In this document: piece by piece, positions 11,323 to 22,758 of the stretch
How the letters are laid out: the number at the start of each line of letters is the position of its first letter
How positions within the stretch are numbered: position 1 is the stretch's first letter
Assembly (NCBI GenBank): GCA_043228905.1
Contig: JBHGNT010000104.1
Location: 1 to 64,000, forward strand
Length of the DNA: 64,000 nucleotides
Origin: Azolla caroliniana
Lineage: Eukaryota; Plantae; Polypodiophyta
Direction of reading: 5' to 3'
Notes under the pieces: generated by a model
The model's database searches: none
Told to the model about the DNA's origin: nothing
What the model saw: only the letters and a program-made list of their open reading frames with translations
Translations under genes and position numbers: made by a program

Positions 11323-14093
11323 ATGGACCCGCAAACGTTGTCGGAAGCCGCCAAGACATGGCTGAAGCAACACGGGCTCGAGGGCTTCCTGATGATGATG
11401 GAAGTACCGCCACACAAAGAAGCCGACAAAGTGATCAAGGAAATCGATACAGAGGCGATTCGAGCGTTAACAGGCCTTCCGGAGGGAGGCATACTCACGA
11501 TCGACAATCCAACCCCGGAGCAACTCATCAGGTATTTTGGTGAGTACTCTCTAGCCAGCAAGGGCTACCGGACACAGGGCGGCGGAGATATGCTGTTCCG
11601 CGAAATTGCTCGTGTCCTCCATGAATACGGCCACGTATACCCTAGACCCCCTGTCATGCCGCAGAACCGGGCAGGGATGATCATCGCCACCTATGAAGGG
11701 ATCAAGGTGGATTGGCCGGTATTGATTGCAGACGGGTTGTATGCGGCGATCGAGATCGTCAGAGGCAAAGACGGCAAAGAAGGCCGAGACGGACGAAGGA
11801 TATGGCACGCCGTAACGCAGTGGCTCACCCTGCTGGTGCCACCCGTTCAGACCGTCCAGCCCAAGAAGCGAGGAAGAGTGCCGGACGGCACCCCAAGGAC
11901 GGCTTCCAAACGGCAGCAGCTGTTGGCCTCTAAGGCCAGTAAGGGAAAGGCGGTGGATGCAGACCAGGCGGCAGCAGGAAGTGGCAGCCGGAAGCGCCCA
12001 ACGGAGGCGCAGGAGGAACCACCGGCACGACCCGTAAAGGTCACACTCCGCCGACCGGTGAATCGAGAAGTGGACCCCTTAGCGGCAAAACTCAATGCCT
12101 GAGCTCAGGAGGAGGGAATAGAGGAGGAGCCTACGGAGCACCTCCAGCGACGGTCGTCGGCAAGGACCGTTGAGACAGCCGGGAAACGTTCGGACCCTCA
12201 GACGGAGGGAACACCGGCTCCCCATACTGAGACTCCTACGCCAAGGAAGGAACCGGAACCGGTGCAGAAGGAACCGGAAACAGAAGCCCCGGCACCACCG
12301 GCAACACCGGCAACACCGGCAAGTCCCATTCCGCCAGAGCCGGAAAGGTCACTGCAGCCTCCCTCGGTCAGCCAAGAAGAAGCGCAAGGGGACCAAGGAC
12401 AGCAGGATGGTCCACGGACAGAAACGGAACCGCAACTCGGCGCAACCAGGCGGGACCACCCCTCTACAAGTGAGCCCATCTATCAAACCTCCGTGCAAGC
12501 ACAACAAGGCACCGGTAGCCTGTGGCTCCGGTGGATAGGCGAACAGATAGTTGGAGCAGTGGGGTATATAGAGGCGGAAGAAAGAGCGCAAAGCGAATGG
12601 TTGCTCGTCACAACCGAACAACTAGAGACGGCCCGGTCCAGAATCCAGTGCCTTGAAAAAGATTTGGATCAGGTCACGACAGAGATGGCTAAAATACGGA
12701 TCCAATCACCGGTGACTCCGGTAAGTGTACAGAATAATGAAACGGAACGACCTGTACATAGGAATAAGACCCCGGCAACGGAAACCGTTCTGGCGAGAGA
12801 TGCGGCGCAAGCTCAAGAGCTTGCAGAATTGAGAGAGGAACTTGCCGCACAAGAAGTGCTAAGGAGCCGTGAACGAGAATTGAAGACGGCGGCCGAAGCC
12901 GAATTAAAGAAGACTGCTGAGAACCTCCGCCGGGCAGAGGAGAGCCTCCGGAAAGGCCATCAAGCGTACGACCGGCTAAAGGAGGAGAAAGACAAAGTGC
13001 TGCAGGAAAAGGACAAGCTGCGGAAAACGGCGGAAACAGAGATAGAACGGCTAAAGGAAGAGCTCCGCCAGCAGAAGGACCGCGAGAACCGGGCCCGTCG
13101 TCAGATCAACGCACGGCTCAAGAAAAAGACGGATGATTTTGAGCACCTGCACCGGGACTACAAACGGTTGGAAATAGAGAATAAAGAACGGATGGCCGAG
13201 CTCCAGCAGGCAGTTGATCGGGCCGCAACGGCGATCGCCGATGAACGGGCGGAAAATACAAGACGCTTGGAAGAGGTGGAGAAGGTCCGGATGGAGCTCC
13301 AGAAGCAGCAGCAGGAAGACAAAGAGAGAGCGTCTACAATATTGCAGAAATTACAAAGTACATATCAAAGGCAACTGACGCATTACAAGGCGCAGGCGGA
13401 GGACAACGTAAAAATCATCAAACAACTGAAGGAGGAACGGCAAGCGGTAGAAACCAAATCGCAATTGGGAACGAGCCGGATTCAGTCCATCCTCCGGGCA
13501 TGGTTGAATCAGACGAAGCACTTGATTGATGAAAGCTCCGTAAAATGTGGACAAAGTGGGCACAAAACGCGGCAGAACTCCAGTTGCTACGGGCGGATGT
13601 GGCAAACCGGCAGAAGGAAGGAGATGACTGTTATACGCTGACTTCCGAGGACTTCACCGCCATACGGGACGAGCTGGCCGACGACTTCCAAGTCCTGGCA
13701 GATGAACAGCTGGCACAGGGCAGACAGCTCGTAGCTCAGCTGGACGATGATAGGCTGGACGCTCAAATCCAGTTTGAAAGCTACGAGCGGTCCCGGGTAC
13801 GGGAAGAAAAAGCACAGGAAGCGACAACGGTTAACCTTAGTGATGAGGAACCATCGTCGACTGAGGGCCAGCCGGGAACCAGTCAACCGGAGACCACCAC
13901 CACGCAGGGAGCAACGACGGAGACGCCGGTGTCAGAGCCACAAACGGAGGAGCAGTCGCAGCAACCACCAACGGACCCGCCGCAGCAGACAGCAACAGAG
14001 CAGCAACAACAACAACAACAACAACCACCACTTCCAGATGAACCATTGGAGCCTCTCGAACAAAGCATTCTGGACATTTTGGACGAAGAATAG
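11323..14093 (+). pseudogene. GA accessory ORF (~920 aa): N-terminal globular domain, Pro-rich linker, long coiled coil, Q/T/E-rich tail
   Basis: ORFs 11101-12102 and 12262-13641 share a frame separated by one TGA (12100). A frameshift near 13545 leads to the ORF ending at 14093. A homologue exists in G0. Confidence 0.8.
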
Positions 14094-14112
14094 GAAGGGT
14101 CGGTTGTGGATT

Positions 14113-14147
14113 CGACGTACAAGGTATTGTCCCACGGGCATGCCATG
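14113..14147 (+). other. Conserved non-purine pre-LTR motif at the PPT position (tRNA-3'-end-like)
   Basis: CGACGTACAAGGTATTGTCCCACGGGCATGCCATG is 26/35 identical, ungapped, to 3924-3958 before the G0 LTR. Confidence 0.8.
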
Positions 14148-14580
14148 TGTTACCGGCCGGCAAAGGAGTCCAGAGTGGGAAACGGAGACCTAATTAAGTA
14201 GTAGGAATGTGGTTGTAATTAAGCTATGAGTGTGGACGGACCGACCGAAATCGGTATGTCGTTCCGGATCCGGACCGATCCCGAACAGATGCGGATGGCA
14301 CCGTTTTGTAATATAGACCGGAAACCTATTTAAAGGCCCGGATACAATGTAATAGTTAGCGGTTAATTAATGAAAGCTTAAGCGTTGTTATATCTCTGTG
14401 TCAATTGCCGTTCTGTCTTAATTGTTATATCTTACGCGTGTTATGAAGACGATCCTAATAAGTAACTTAACTAAGTCGGATTAAGCGTTGAAGTCTAATC
14501 CGGTTGCCGTAACACCCTTTGGTGAAGTGTCTCACGTAGACACCCTGTGTTAGGCCATTGTCCGGCCCGAAGAGTTAACA
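14148..14580 (+). repeat. 3' LTR of GA (433 bp)
   Basis: Direct repeat of 4662-5093, followed by TSD ATAAC. Confidence 0.97.
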
Positions 14581-14585
14581 ATAAC

Positions 14586-15830
14586 GAGAGCCTTTCGGGG
14601 GGAAGTAACAAATGGTGAAGAATACTGCCTTGTCCTTGCTTGTGGAGACTTTCACCCACATAAAATGAGCTTTTGGGTCTACTCTCAGTATTTCTATCCT
14701 ATTATGTAGCTCTCTCCGAAAGAATATTGCGACACCTCTAGATCCTTGGTAGTGCATCGACATGAGGTTTGTCTAAAAGCTGACTCCCAAGGAAATCCTT
14801 CAACTCGTGGGAGTCCTCTATTTGGGCTTTGGTGTGTTTCTACTAAGAAAAGTATATCTGATACCTTAAATATCTCCTCTAGGCATTCGGGGTGTGTCCA
14901 GAGTGCCCCGTTACAATTCCATAAGGTCATCCTAAGTGTATTTTCTGTCACATGGGTCACATGCCGTCAATTAATAGAGCGATAATTTATGATCACTCAC
15001 CCATCTCAATAAAAGATGTGATGCCCTTCTTTACAAGCTTGCATAACTCGTGGCATACAACTCTTGCGATGCTCAATTTGCATCTTAGTGAGGTCTTCAT
15101 CAAGATAGATAGGGTCCCCACCCAATCCTCGAAGAATGTGATTCTAGAGTCTAAGTCTTTAAATTGGCTCTCTTCCTAGTTGTGTTGCGTCCGGCCCTCC
15201 ACGCTTTGGTGATAGGTAGGGCCATTGTGTACCCTAACATTTTCCCAAGTGTTTGTGCATCCTCGTCTGGGGATGCACCTTCCTTGAGCCCAGTGACATG
15301 CACATTTAGGGGTTGAGCCTGACACATTTTCTCCTCTTCAAGGGTGGTATTAACAATATTTTCATCTTTTATTTCTTTTTTAATGTTTCTTTTAACCACA
15401 TCTACCCAACCCGTTTTTGCTAACTCTATGTTATTTTTAACTTCCTCTTTAACTTTTTAAATCTCGTCATTTATATCCTCTATGGAGGATATTTCACCGT
15501 CCTCTCGAGATACCTCAATGTCATTACGTTGTTTTTTGAGGTTGGTGTTTTCCTCTTTAAGTTTTTCTATTTCGGCCTTGAGGGCGTCTTTTTCCTCTCT
15601 ATCTTTTTTCTTGTGGGTTTCGGTGTCTTTCACCCATTTTTTCATATCCATCTCTATTTTTGTTAGACGATTAAACATATCTAAAAAGTCCTCTTTACTT
15701 ATAGCCTCGTCTTGTATATCCTTATGTTCCTTAGTTCGTTTAGAAGTCATTGTGGTGTCAATAAGAAAAGAAAAAGATAAAATAAATGGGTTCGAGACTT
15801 AGCCGAGTTTGTGTGTATGTCGCAGTCACA
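14586..15830 (-). mobile_element. 5' part of a degenerate LINE: ORF1 (coiled coil, 15750->~14990) and start of the ORF2 APE endonuclease (14960->14586)
   Basis: ORF2 reads LRMTLWNCNG..DILFLVETH..GSRGVAIFF..ICYFPP. ORF1 is a K/E-rich coiled coil followed by LNVHVTGLKE, typical of LINE ORF1. Confidence 0.85.
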
Positions 15831-17346
15831 TCAACATTTTGTAGCACGATAAAAGAACCCACCAACCCAGAGTGTGAAAGGAATAGTTTATTCGGGAACT
15901 GTTGTAATTATTTTATTAATATGGACGGACGGACCGGAATCAGTGTGCCGATCCGGATCCGGATCGATTCCAAATAGGTGCCGGTTGGCACCGTTTTGTT
16001 CTTCGCACCGGAGACCTATATCAAGGCCCGGTTACAATGTAATTGACAGCGGATAATTAATAGAACTTATTGCCTTAACCTTTTAGTATTGATTACCATT
16101 CTGTGCTTATTGTATATCTTACGCGTGTTAATGATGTATTGCTAAGTAACCAATTAAGGTCTAATTAAGCGTTGTGTCGTAAGTTATCTTGCCATAACAC
16201 CCTTTGGTGAAGTGTCTTAAGTGGACACCCTGTGTTAGGCTGTTGTCCGGCCCTAGGATTAACACAGTTTTTGGTGACCACAATTCCTGCACAATCGCAG
16301 TGAACAACGGCGGGAATGGATGACTAGGCCAACAAACGACTTGGTTACGGAGAGAGTAGGAAGACTTGCTGAACGGCAAAGGCGGCGGGAGGCTTTCCAG
16401 CAAGCAACGGAAGAAATCCGATCGGATTGATCATTTTCCAAAGTGATCCAGAAAGTGGCGGAGGAGTCGCTCCGTCTGCAACAAAACACCTACCCGGACA
16501 AAGGAAGCAGCTTGAGCAGCCTCCGGGAAGCGGAATCCCTTCTCCAGGCCTTGGCCGGAAGAGACGGCGAATCCAAAGCATTTTCAGCGCTGGAATCGGA
16601 TTCGGAAGGGGTTACAGTGCACACACAAACTATCGCAGCAGTAACGACACCCCAGGAGGACCGGAGGACGAGGAGTCGGATACATTACTGACACCGGAAC
16701 CAGAGTTGTCAGACCGGGAACCCCGGGCACTAGACTTGGAGCAACCTCCGGAGACAGAAGAAGACAAAGAAAAACCTCTGACAGTGGAAGTCGAGCCGGC
16801 AACACCAAAGGAAGACCGGCAAAGACCTCCGACGCCGACGGAACAGCAGGAAAGACCACCGACACCGCCAGCCCGAGTACCAACACCGGACGACGACATG
16901 TCGTTCCAGTACTCCAAGTATAGGGATGACCCGGACGCGGAGGCTCATGTTCACCCGTTTCAACAAACATGGGAGGTGAACCATGTGTGACAACGGTTAA
17001 CCACGGCCGAAGAGGAATGATCTAAGATAGCCGAATTCGGCGTGACACTGGAAGGACCGGCCAGCAGATGGCACCGGACGCAGGACACCAGCAGCATCAC
17101 TGCCTTTGCGGACCTGAAAGATAAATTCTTGCACTTCTTTCAGAAGGAGGTGAACCAGAGAGAAATGGTGGGCCTATTTTATACCATCCGGCAGGACCCC
17201 GAGGAGAGCATTCCGCAGTTTGTCATCCGGTTTCAACGGATGCACAATCAACTTACCCGCACACCTCCGGAGGAAGAAACACGGGCTATATTTTTAGCCG
17301 CGTGCCGGGAACCTCTACGAACGGTATGCACGGTCATCGACTTTCA

Positions 17347-17981
17347 TGTTGGGATTACGGTCCCTCCGGATGGGATGGTCAGATGTCCGGGAATCGGGAA
17401 TGAAGACCCGAATGAGGAGTACCCGGTATCAGAACCGGATGATGAAGACCCGGTTTCGGATCCGGATGATGAAGACCCCGGCTACGGAGCTGGATGACGA
17501 ATGTACCCGGAGAGAGATCCGGATGCGGGGACATATTTGTGAATATGTTTGCCAAGGGCCCTCTAGGCTATATTTGTAAATAGCCCGAAAGTCATATGTG
17601 TATAAATATGACTTAGGGCAAACAGTTTTGTTGTTGCTCATTTTTCTGTTTTCCACTTAGAGGGAGCGAAGTGAGAGCAGCCGAGAGAGAGAGTGAGAGA
17701 GAGAGAGAGAAAGGAAGAGGTCGACGCCTCTGTGTAATACCGCCGCCTGTGGCGAGGACAGCGAGCTCAAGGTCGTCGCCTTGCAGCTCGCCATTGTACA
17801 TTCCCTGCGGATAGTGATAGTTGGAGTCTTGCACTCCCGTGGTTTTTCCCGTCTAGGGTTTTCCACGCTAAACCCTGTGCATTCGAGTCTCTCTCTGTGT
17901 TTTCGATTTACTGCTGCATTGACTCGTGTTTCCTCGGTTGTGGCCGAGAGCTGAAGGTTTTGAAAGCGTCAATTTCTAACA
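17347..17981 (+). repeat. 5' LTR of C1 (635 bp)
   Basis: Differs from the 3' LTR by 3 visible transitions and one 28-bp repeat unit. Confidence 0.97.
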
Positions 17982-18012
17982 ATCTGGTATCAGAGCGACT
18001 GCAGTGCAGAAA

Positions 18013-21000
18013 ATGGAAGGCGGCAGCAGCGGGCAGCCGGGGATGATGGTGCTGAATGCGCAGAACTACGCCGACTGGAAGATAAAGATGGAGGATCTGC
18101 TCATTGTTCGGGACCTGTACGAACCGATCGACAGGTCGGAAATACCCAAGGGGTTACTTGAGACGGAATGGAGGCTTCTAAACCGGAAAGCCGTTGCAAC
18201 CATTCGGCAATACGTCGACGTGAGCGTTCTACAACATGTGGCGAACGACACCAACGCATATGAGATGTGGCAGAAGCTGTCGGGCCTCTACGAGAGGAAG
18301 AATGCGTTGAACCGGACCTCCCTGATGAGGAAGATAGTGAACCTCAAGTACCGGGACGGCGAGAGTATGGTGGAACACGTAAGCACGTTCATGGGATTCG
18401 TGAACCAGCTTGCGGCGATCAAGTTCCCGTTGGAGGATGCAATGCAAGCCATCATGCTGATGTGTACATTGCCGGAAAGCTGGGAGAACTTGGTGGTGAC
18501 TCTCAGCACCTCCTGCACCGAAGATAACTTGTCCCTACAAACGGTAAAGACAAGCATTTTGAACGAAGAAGCGCGTCGGAGAGATAAAGAACCGGCCTCC
18601 GATCCGAAGATGCTGCTTACGGAATCGGATCGGGGAAGACAACGGAACCGGAGTCCGCAAAGACGGGAGAAGTCGGGGACCCGGTCGCAGTCGAGAGGAA
18701 GGCCCACATGCTTCCACTGTGGGAAGCCGGGGCACTTCCGAAAGAATTGTCGGCATTACCGAAAAGACAACGGAGCCGACGACACCGATTCGAAGAAGTC
18801 TTCGGAACGGAACGGTGCTTACCGGGGAGCCACGGACCGGAATGGTTCGGATCGGCGAGGGCAGGACCGGAAAGGAACGACGGCACTCGCGGTAAGTGAA
18901 GAGGAGATCATGCTCATCACCGAAGAAGGTGAACTAAACATTGCCGGCGATGAGACTACCTGGGTGGTCGATTCCGGAGCGTCGTTCCACCTGACCTCGG
19001 AAAGAAGATACTTCTCATCCTACACAGCCGGTGAGCATGGCTGTGTTCGGATGGGAAATGAAGGTACGTGCCGGATTGCCAGCATAGGAGACGTGTGGTT
19101 GACAACCTCCACCGGATGCAAAATGTTGCTGAAGGATGTCCGACACGTTCCGGAGGTTCGATTGAACCTGATTTCGGCCGGGAGGCTAGACGATGAAGGC
19201 TACATAGGTAGCATCCGGAACTGCGTAATGAAGATCAGCAAGGGGAGCCTGATAGTGGCTCGGGCCCGGAAAGTCAACACACTGTACCTTATGAATGCCT
19301 GGTTGTGTCCGGAGGAGTTGAACGTGGCAGCCGACACTGCCGGTGAGCTGTGGCACAAGAGACTGTGCCACATGAGTGAGAAGGGGATGAAGAGGCTTGC
19401 AGAAGACAACCTTATTCCAGTGAAGCATGTGCACCTGGAGAAGTGCACTGATTGCCTGGCCGGTAAGCAGAACCGAACCTCCTTCCACTCAAGGCCATCG
19501 ACGAGACGTAGCGCACCATTGGAGTTGGTGCACACTGACGTGTGTCAAGTAGAAACGAAGTCACATGGCGGAGCCCAGTACTTCGTGACATTCATTGATG
19601 ACATAGCCGGAAGCTGTGGACGGCACCGTTGGAGACAAAGGACCAAGTGTTGTGCGTCTTCAAAGAACTCCACGCGAGAGTGGAAAGGGAATCCGGCAAG
19701 AAGCTGAAAGCGATACGAGCGGATAACGGAGGGGAATACCGGGGGCAGTTCGAGGAGTACTGTTGCTGGAAGGGAATCCGGCTCGAGTTTACTGTGCCGA
19801 AGACGCCGAAACTGAACGGGCTGGCCGAGAGGATGAACCGGACCATAATGGAGAGGGTCCGGAGTATGCTGGCGCATGCGAAATTACCCAAGGGGTTTTG
19901 GGCTGAGGCAATGTCGACGGCGACATACGTGATAAACAGATCACCCTCAGTACCTTTGGACGGAGACACGCCGCAGAGAGTGTGGACCGGTAGGGAAGTA
20001 TCCTACCGGCATCTGAAGGTGTTCGGGTGTCTCGCATATGTGCATGTGGCAAAGGACCGGAGAGGAAAGCTAGATCCAAAGACCCGGCCATGCATATTCC
20101 TCGGTTACGGCGATGACGTGTTCGGCTACCGAGTATGGGACCCGGTCAACAAAAAGATATTCCGGAGTCGTGATATCATCTTCATGGAGGACAAGACACT
20201 CGCCGACTGGGAGTCGGAGAAGAAGATGAAGAGCTCCAAGTCGACCGGTGAGGATCAACTCTACGAGGAGCAGTCCCGACCGGCAAGGGACCGGTTAGCA
20301 CTCGAGGATCCGGCCGAAGACGGTGAAGAAACAGAACCGGCCGAGGAAGATGAAACTGATACCGGAACCGGCCCCGATCCCGAAATGGATTCGGATGAAG
20401 AGGAAACGGAGGAGCCGGTTACCGAAGCTCCGGAACGGAGATATCCTCTAAGAGAGAGAAGGGCCCCCCGGAGATTTCCGGAACCAGAGCACGTGCTGCT
20501 AACCAACGAGGGGGAGCCGGAGAGTTTTGAAGAAGCAAAGCTTGACACCCATAGCCGCAGGTGGTTAAGTGCCATGCAGGAGGAGATGGATTCCCTGCAT
20601 GAGAACCACACATATGAACTTGTGGAGTTGCCGAAAGGAAAGCGGGCACTTCGAAACAAGTGGGTGTTCAAGCTGAAACCGGGAGATGCCGGAAGCCCCC
20701 CGAGATACAAAGCCAGGATCGTGGTGAAGGGGTTCCAGCAGAAGAAGGGCGTCGACTTCGACGAGATATTTGCCCCGGTAGTGAAGATGACCTCCATCCG
20801 GACGGTGCTGAGCATAGCGGCAAGCATGGACCTCGAGGTAGAACAGATGGATGTGAAGACGGCATTCCTTCACGGTGACCTCGAAGAAGAGATCTACATG
20901 CAGCAACCGGAAGGATTCGAGAAGAAAGGGAAGGAGCACCTGGTATGCTGGTTGAAGAAGAGCCTTTACGGACTGAAGCAGGCTCCCCGGCAATGGTACC

Positions 21001-22085
21001 GGAAGTTCGACTCTTTCATGACCGACGAAGGGTACCACAAAACGCAATCCGATCACTGCGTGTTTGTGAAGAAGTTCGAAGGAGGAGACTTTCTAATACT
21101 CCTCCTGTACGTGGACGACATGTTGATCGTCGGACGGGACCAGGTCAAGATACGGATGCTGAAGAAAGCGCTTCACCGAACCTTCTCAATGAAGGACCTG
21201 GGTCCGGCGAGGCAAATACTAGGGATGCACATCATCCGGGACCGGAAGAAGAAGCAGTTGTGGCTGTCACAGGAGAAGTACGTGACAAAGGTGCTTCACC
21301 GGTTCAACATGTCGGAAGCAAGACCGGTCGGGTCAACCCTCCCGGCAAACTGCAAGTTGTCCAGCAAGCAAAGCCCCAAGACAAAGGCTGAGAAGGAGGA
21401 CATGATGAAAGTACCATATGCCTCTGCCGTCGGAAGCTTGATGTACGCAATGGTGTGTACAAGACCGGACATAGGATATGCAATCGGAGTGGTGAGCCGG
21501 TACATGAGCAATCCCGGCAAAGAGCACTGGAACGCGGCCAAGTGGATACTCCGATACCTGAAGGGCACGGAAAACGTGTGCCTCCGATTCGGCTCCGGTA
21601 AGCCCGAACTCGACGGCTTTACCGATTCGGATATGTCGGCTGATGCAGATACCAGCCGGTCCACATCAGGGTATGTGATGACATATGCAGGGGGAGCTGT
21701 TTCGTGGCAGTCGAGGCTGCAAAAGACGGTTGCGTTGTCAACCACGGAGGCGGAGTACATGGCGGCTGTTGAAGCCGGCAAGGAAATAATATGGATGAAG
21801 GACTTCATTAGAGAGCTCGGTATCCGGCAGGAGGAGTACCGACTCTACTGCGACAGTCAGAGTGCCATCCACCTTGCGAAGAATGCGGCCTATCACTCCC
21901 GGACGAAGCACATCCAGCGAAGATATCACTGGATCCGGGAAAGGATAGAAGACCAGGAGTTCGTGCTGACGAAGATCCACACGGACGAGAACGGGTCAGA
22001 TATGCTGACCAAAGTGCTCACACCCGACAAGCTGGAAGCGTGCCGGAAGAGGGTCGGACTGGAAAGACATCCCATGCCGAAGTGA
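18013..22085 (+). CDS. C1 gag-pol polyprotein (gag-PR-INT-RT-RH) with a single 1-bp frameshift at ~19602
   Basis: Motifs CFHCGKPGHFRKNC, WVVDSGAS, LWHKRLCH, HTDVC, RADNGGEY, MDVKTAFLHG, YVDDML, FTDSD. FIDD-HSRKLW is broken by loss of one C compared with C3. Confidence 0.93.
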
Positions 22086-22095
22086 AGGGGGAGTT

Positions 22096-22758
22096 TGTTG
22101 GGATTACGGTCCCTCCGGATGGGATGGTCAGATGTCTGGGAATCGGGAATGAAGACCCGAATGAGGAGTACCCGGTATCGGAACCGGATGATGAAGACCC
22201 GGTTTCGGATCCGGATGATGAAGACCCCGGCTACGGAGCCGGATGATGAAGACCCCGGCTACGGAGCCGGATGACGAATGTACCCGGAGAGAGATCCGGA
22301 TGCGGGGACATATTTGTGAATATGTTTGCCAAGGGCCCTCTAGGCTATATTTGTAAATAGCCCGAAAGTCATATGTGTATAAATATGACTTAGGGCAAAC
22401 AGTTTTGTTGTTGCTCATTTTTCTGTTTTCCACTTAGAGGGAGCGAAGTGAGAGCAGCCGAGAGAGAGAGTGAGAGAGAGAGAGAGAAAGGAAGAGGTCG
22501 ACGCCTCTGTGTAATACCGCCGCCTGTGGCGAGGACAGCGAGCTCAAGGTCGTCGCCTTGCAGCTCGCCATTGTACATTCCCTGCGGATAGTGATAGTTG
22601 GAGTCTTGCACTCCCGTGGTTTTTCCCGTCTAGGGTTTTCCACGCTAAACCCTGTGCATTCGAGTCTCTCTCTGTGTTTTCGATTTACTGCTGCATTGAC
22701 TCGTGTTTCCTCGGTTGTGGCCGAGAGCTGAAGGTTTTGAAAGCGTCAATTTCTAACA
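22096..22758 (+). repeat. 3' LTR of C1 (663 bp)
   Basis: Direct repeat of 17347-17981. Confidence 0.97.

Larger units (their letters stand above)
4662..14580 (+). mobile_element. GA: full-length 9.9-kb Ty3/gypsy LTR retrotransposon (non-chromovirus, Athila/Phygy/Selgy-like) with accessory ORF
   Basis: LTRs 4662-5093 and 14148-14580 (TG..CA). TSD ATAAC at 4657-4661 and 14581-14585. Domain order gag-PR-RT-RH-INT, with no chromodomain or archaeal RNase H seen. Confidence 0.97.
17347..22758 (+). mobile_element. C1: young full-length Ty1/copia element (Tnt1/Tork-TAR-like) inserted in GB gag
   Basis: LTRs 17347-17981 and 22096-22758. TSD TTTCA (17342-17346, 22759-22763). PBS TGGTATCAGAGC (tRNA-iMet) 17985-17996. 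PPT GAAGTGAAGGGGGAG 22079-22093. Confidence 0.98.

Noticed and set aside
11323-14093. Envelope gene
   Set aside because: No signal peptide or transmembrane segment. The protein is highly charged.
14081-14099. Purine run GGACGAAGAATAGGAAGGG as the PPT of GA
   Set aside because: About 50 nt from the LTR, mostly Asp/Glu codons plus the stop, and with no counterpart in G0.
14000-14147. Hammerhead ribozyme (retrozyme-like) or a complete tRNA gene
   Set aside because: No CTGANGA/GAAA core, and no D or anticodon arms recognisable. Only a 3'-end resemblance.
17346-17497. Acidic C-terminal extension of GB gag (also ORF 22040-22246)
   Set aside because: Read-through into the U3 repeats of the C1 LTR.
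19590-19630. Programmed ribosomal frameshift in C1
   Set aside because: Falls inside the integrase core. The C3 homologue is in frame with one extra base, and there is no slippery site.
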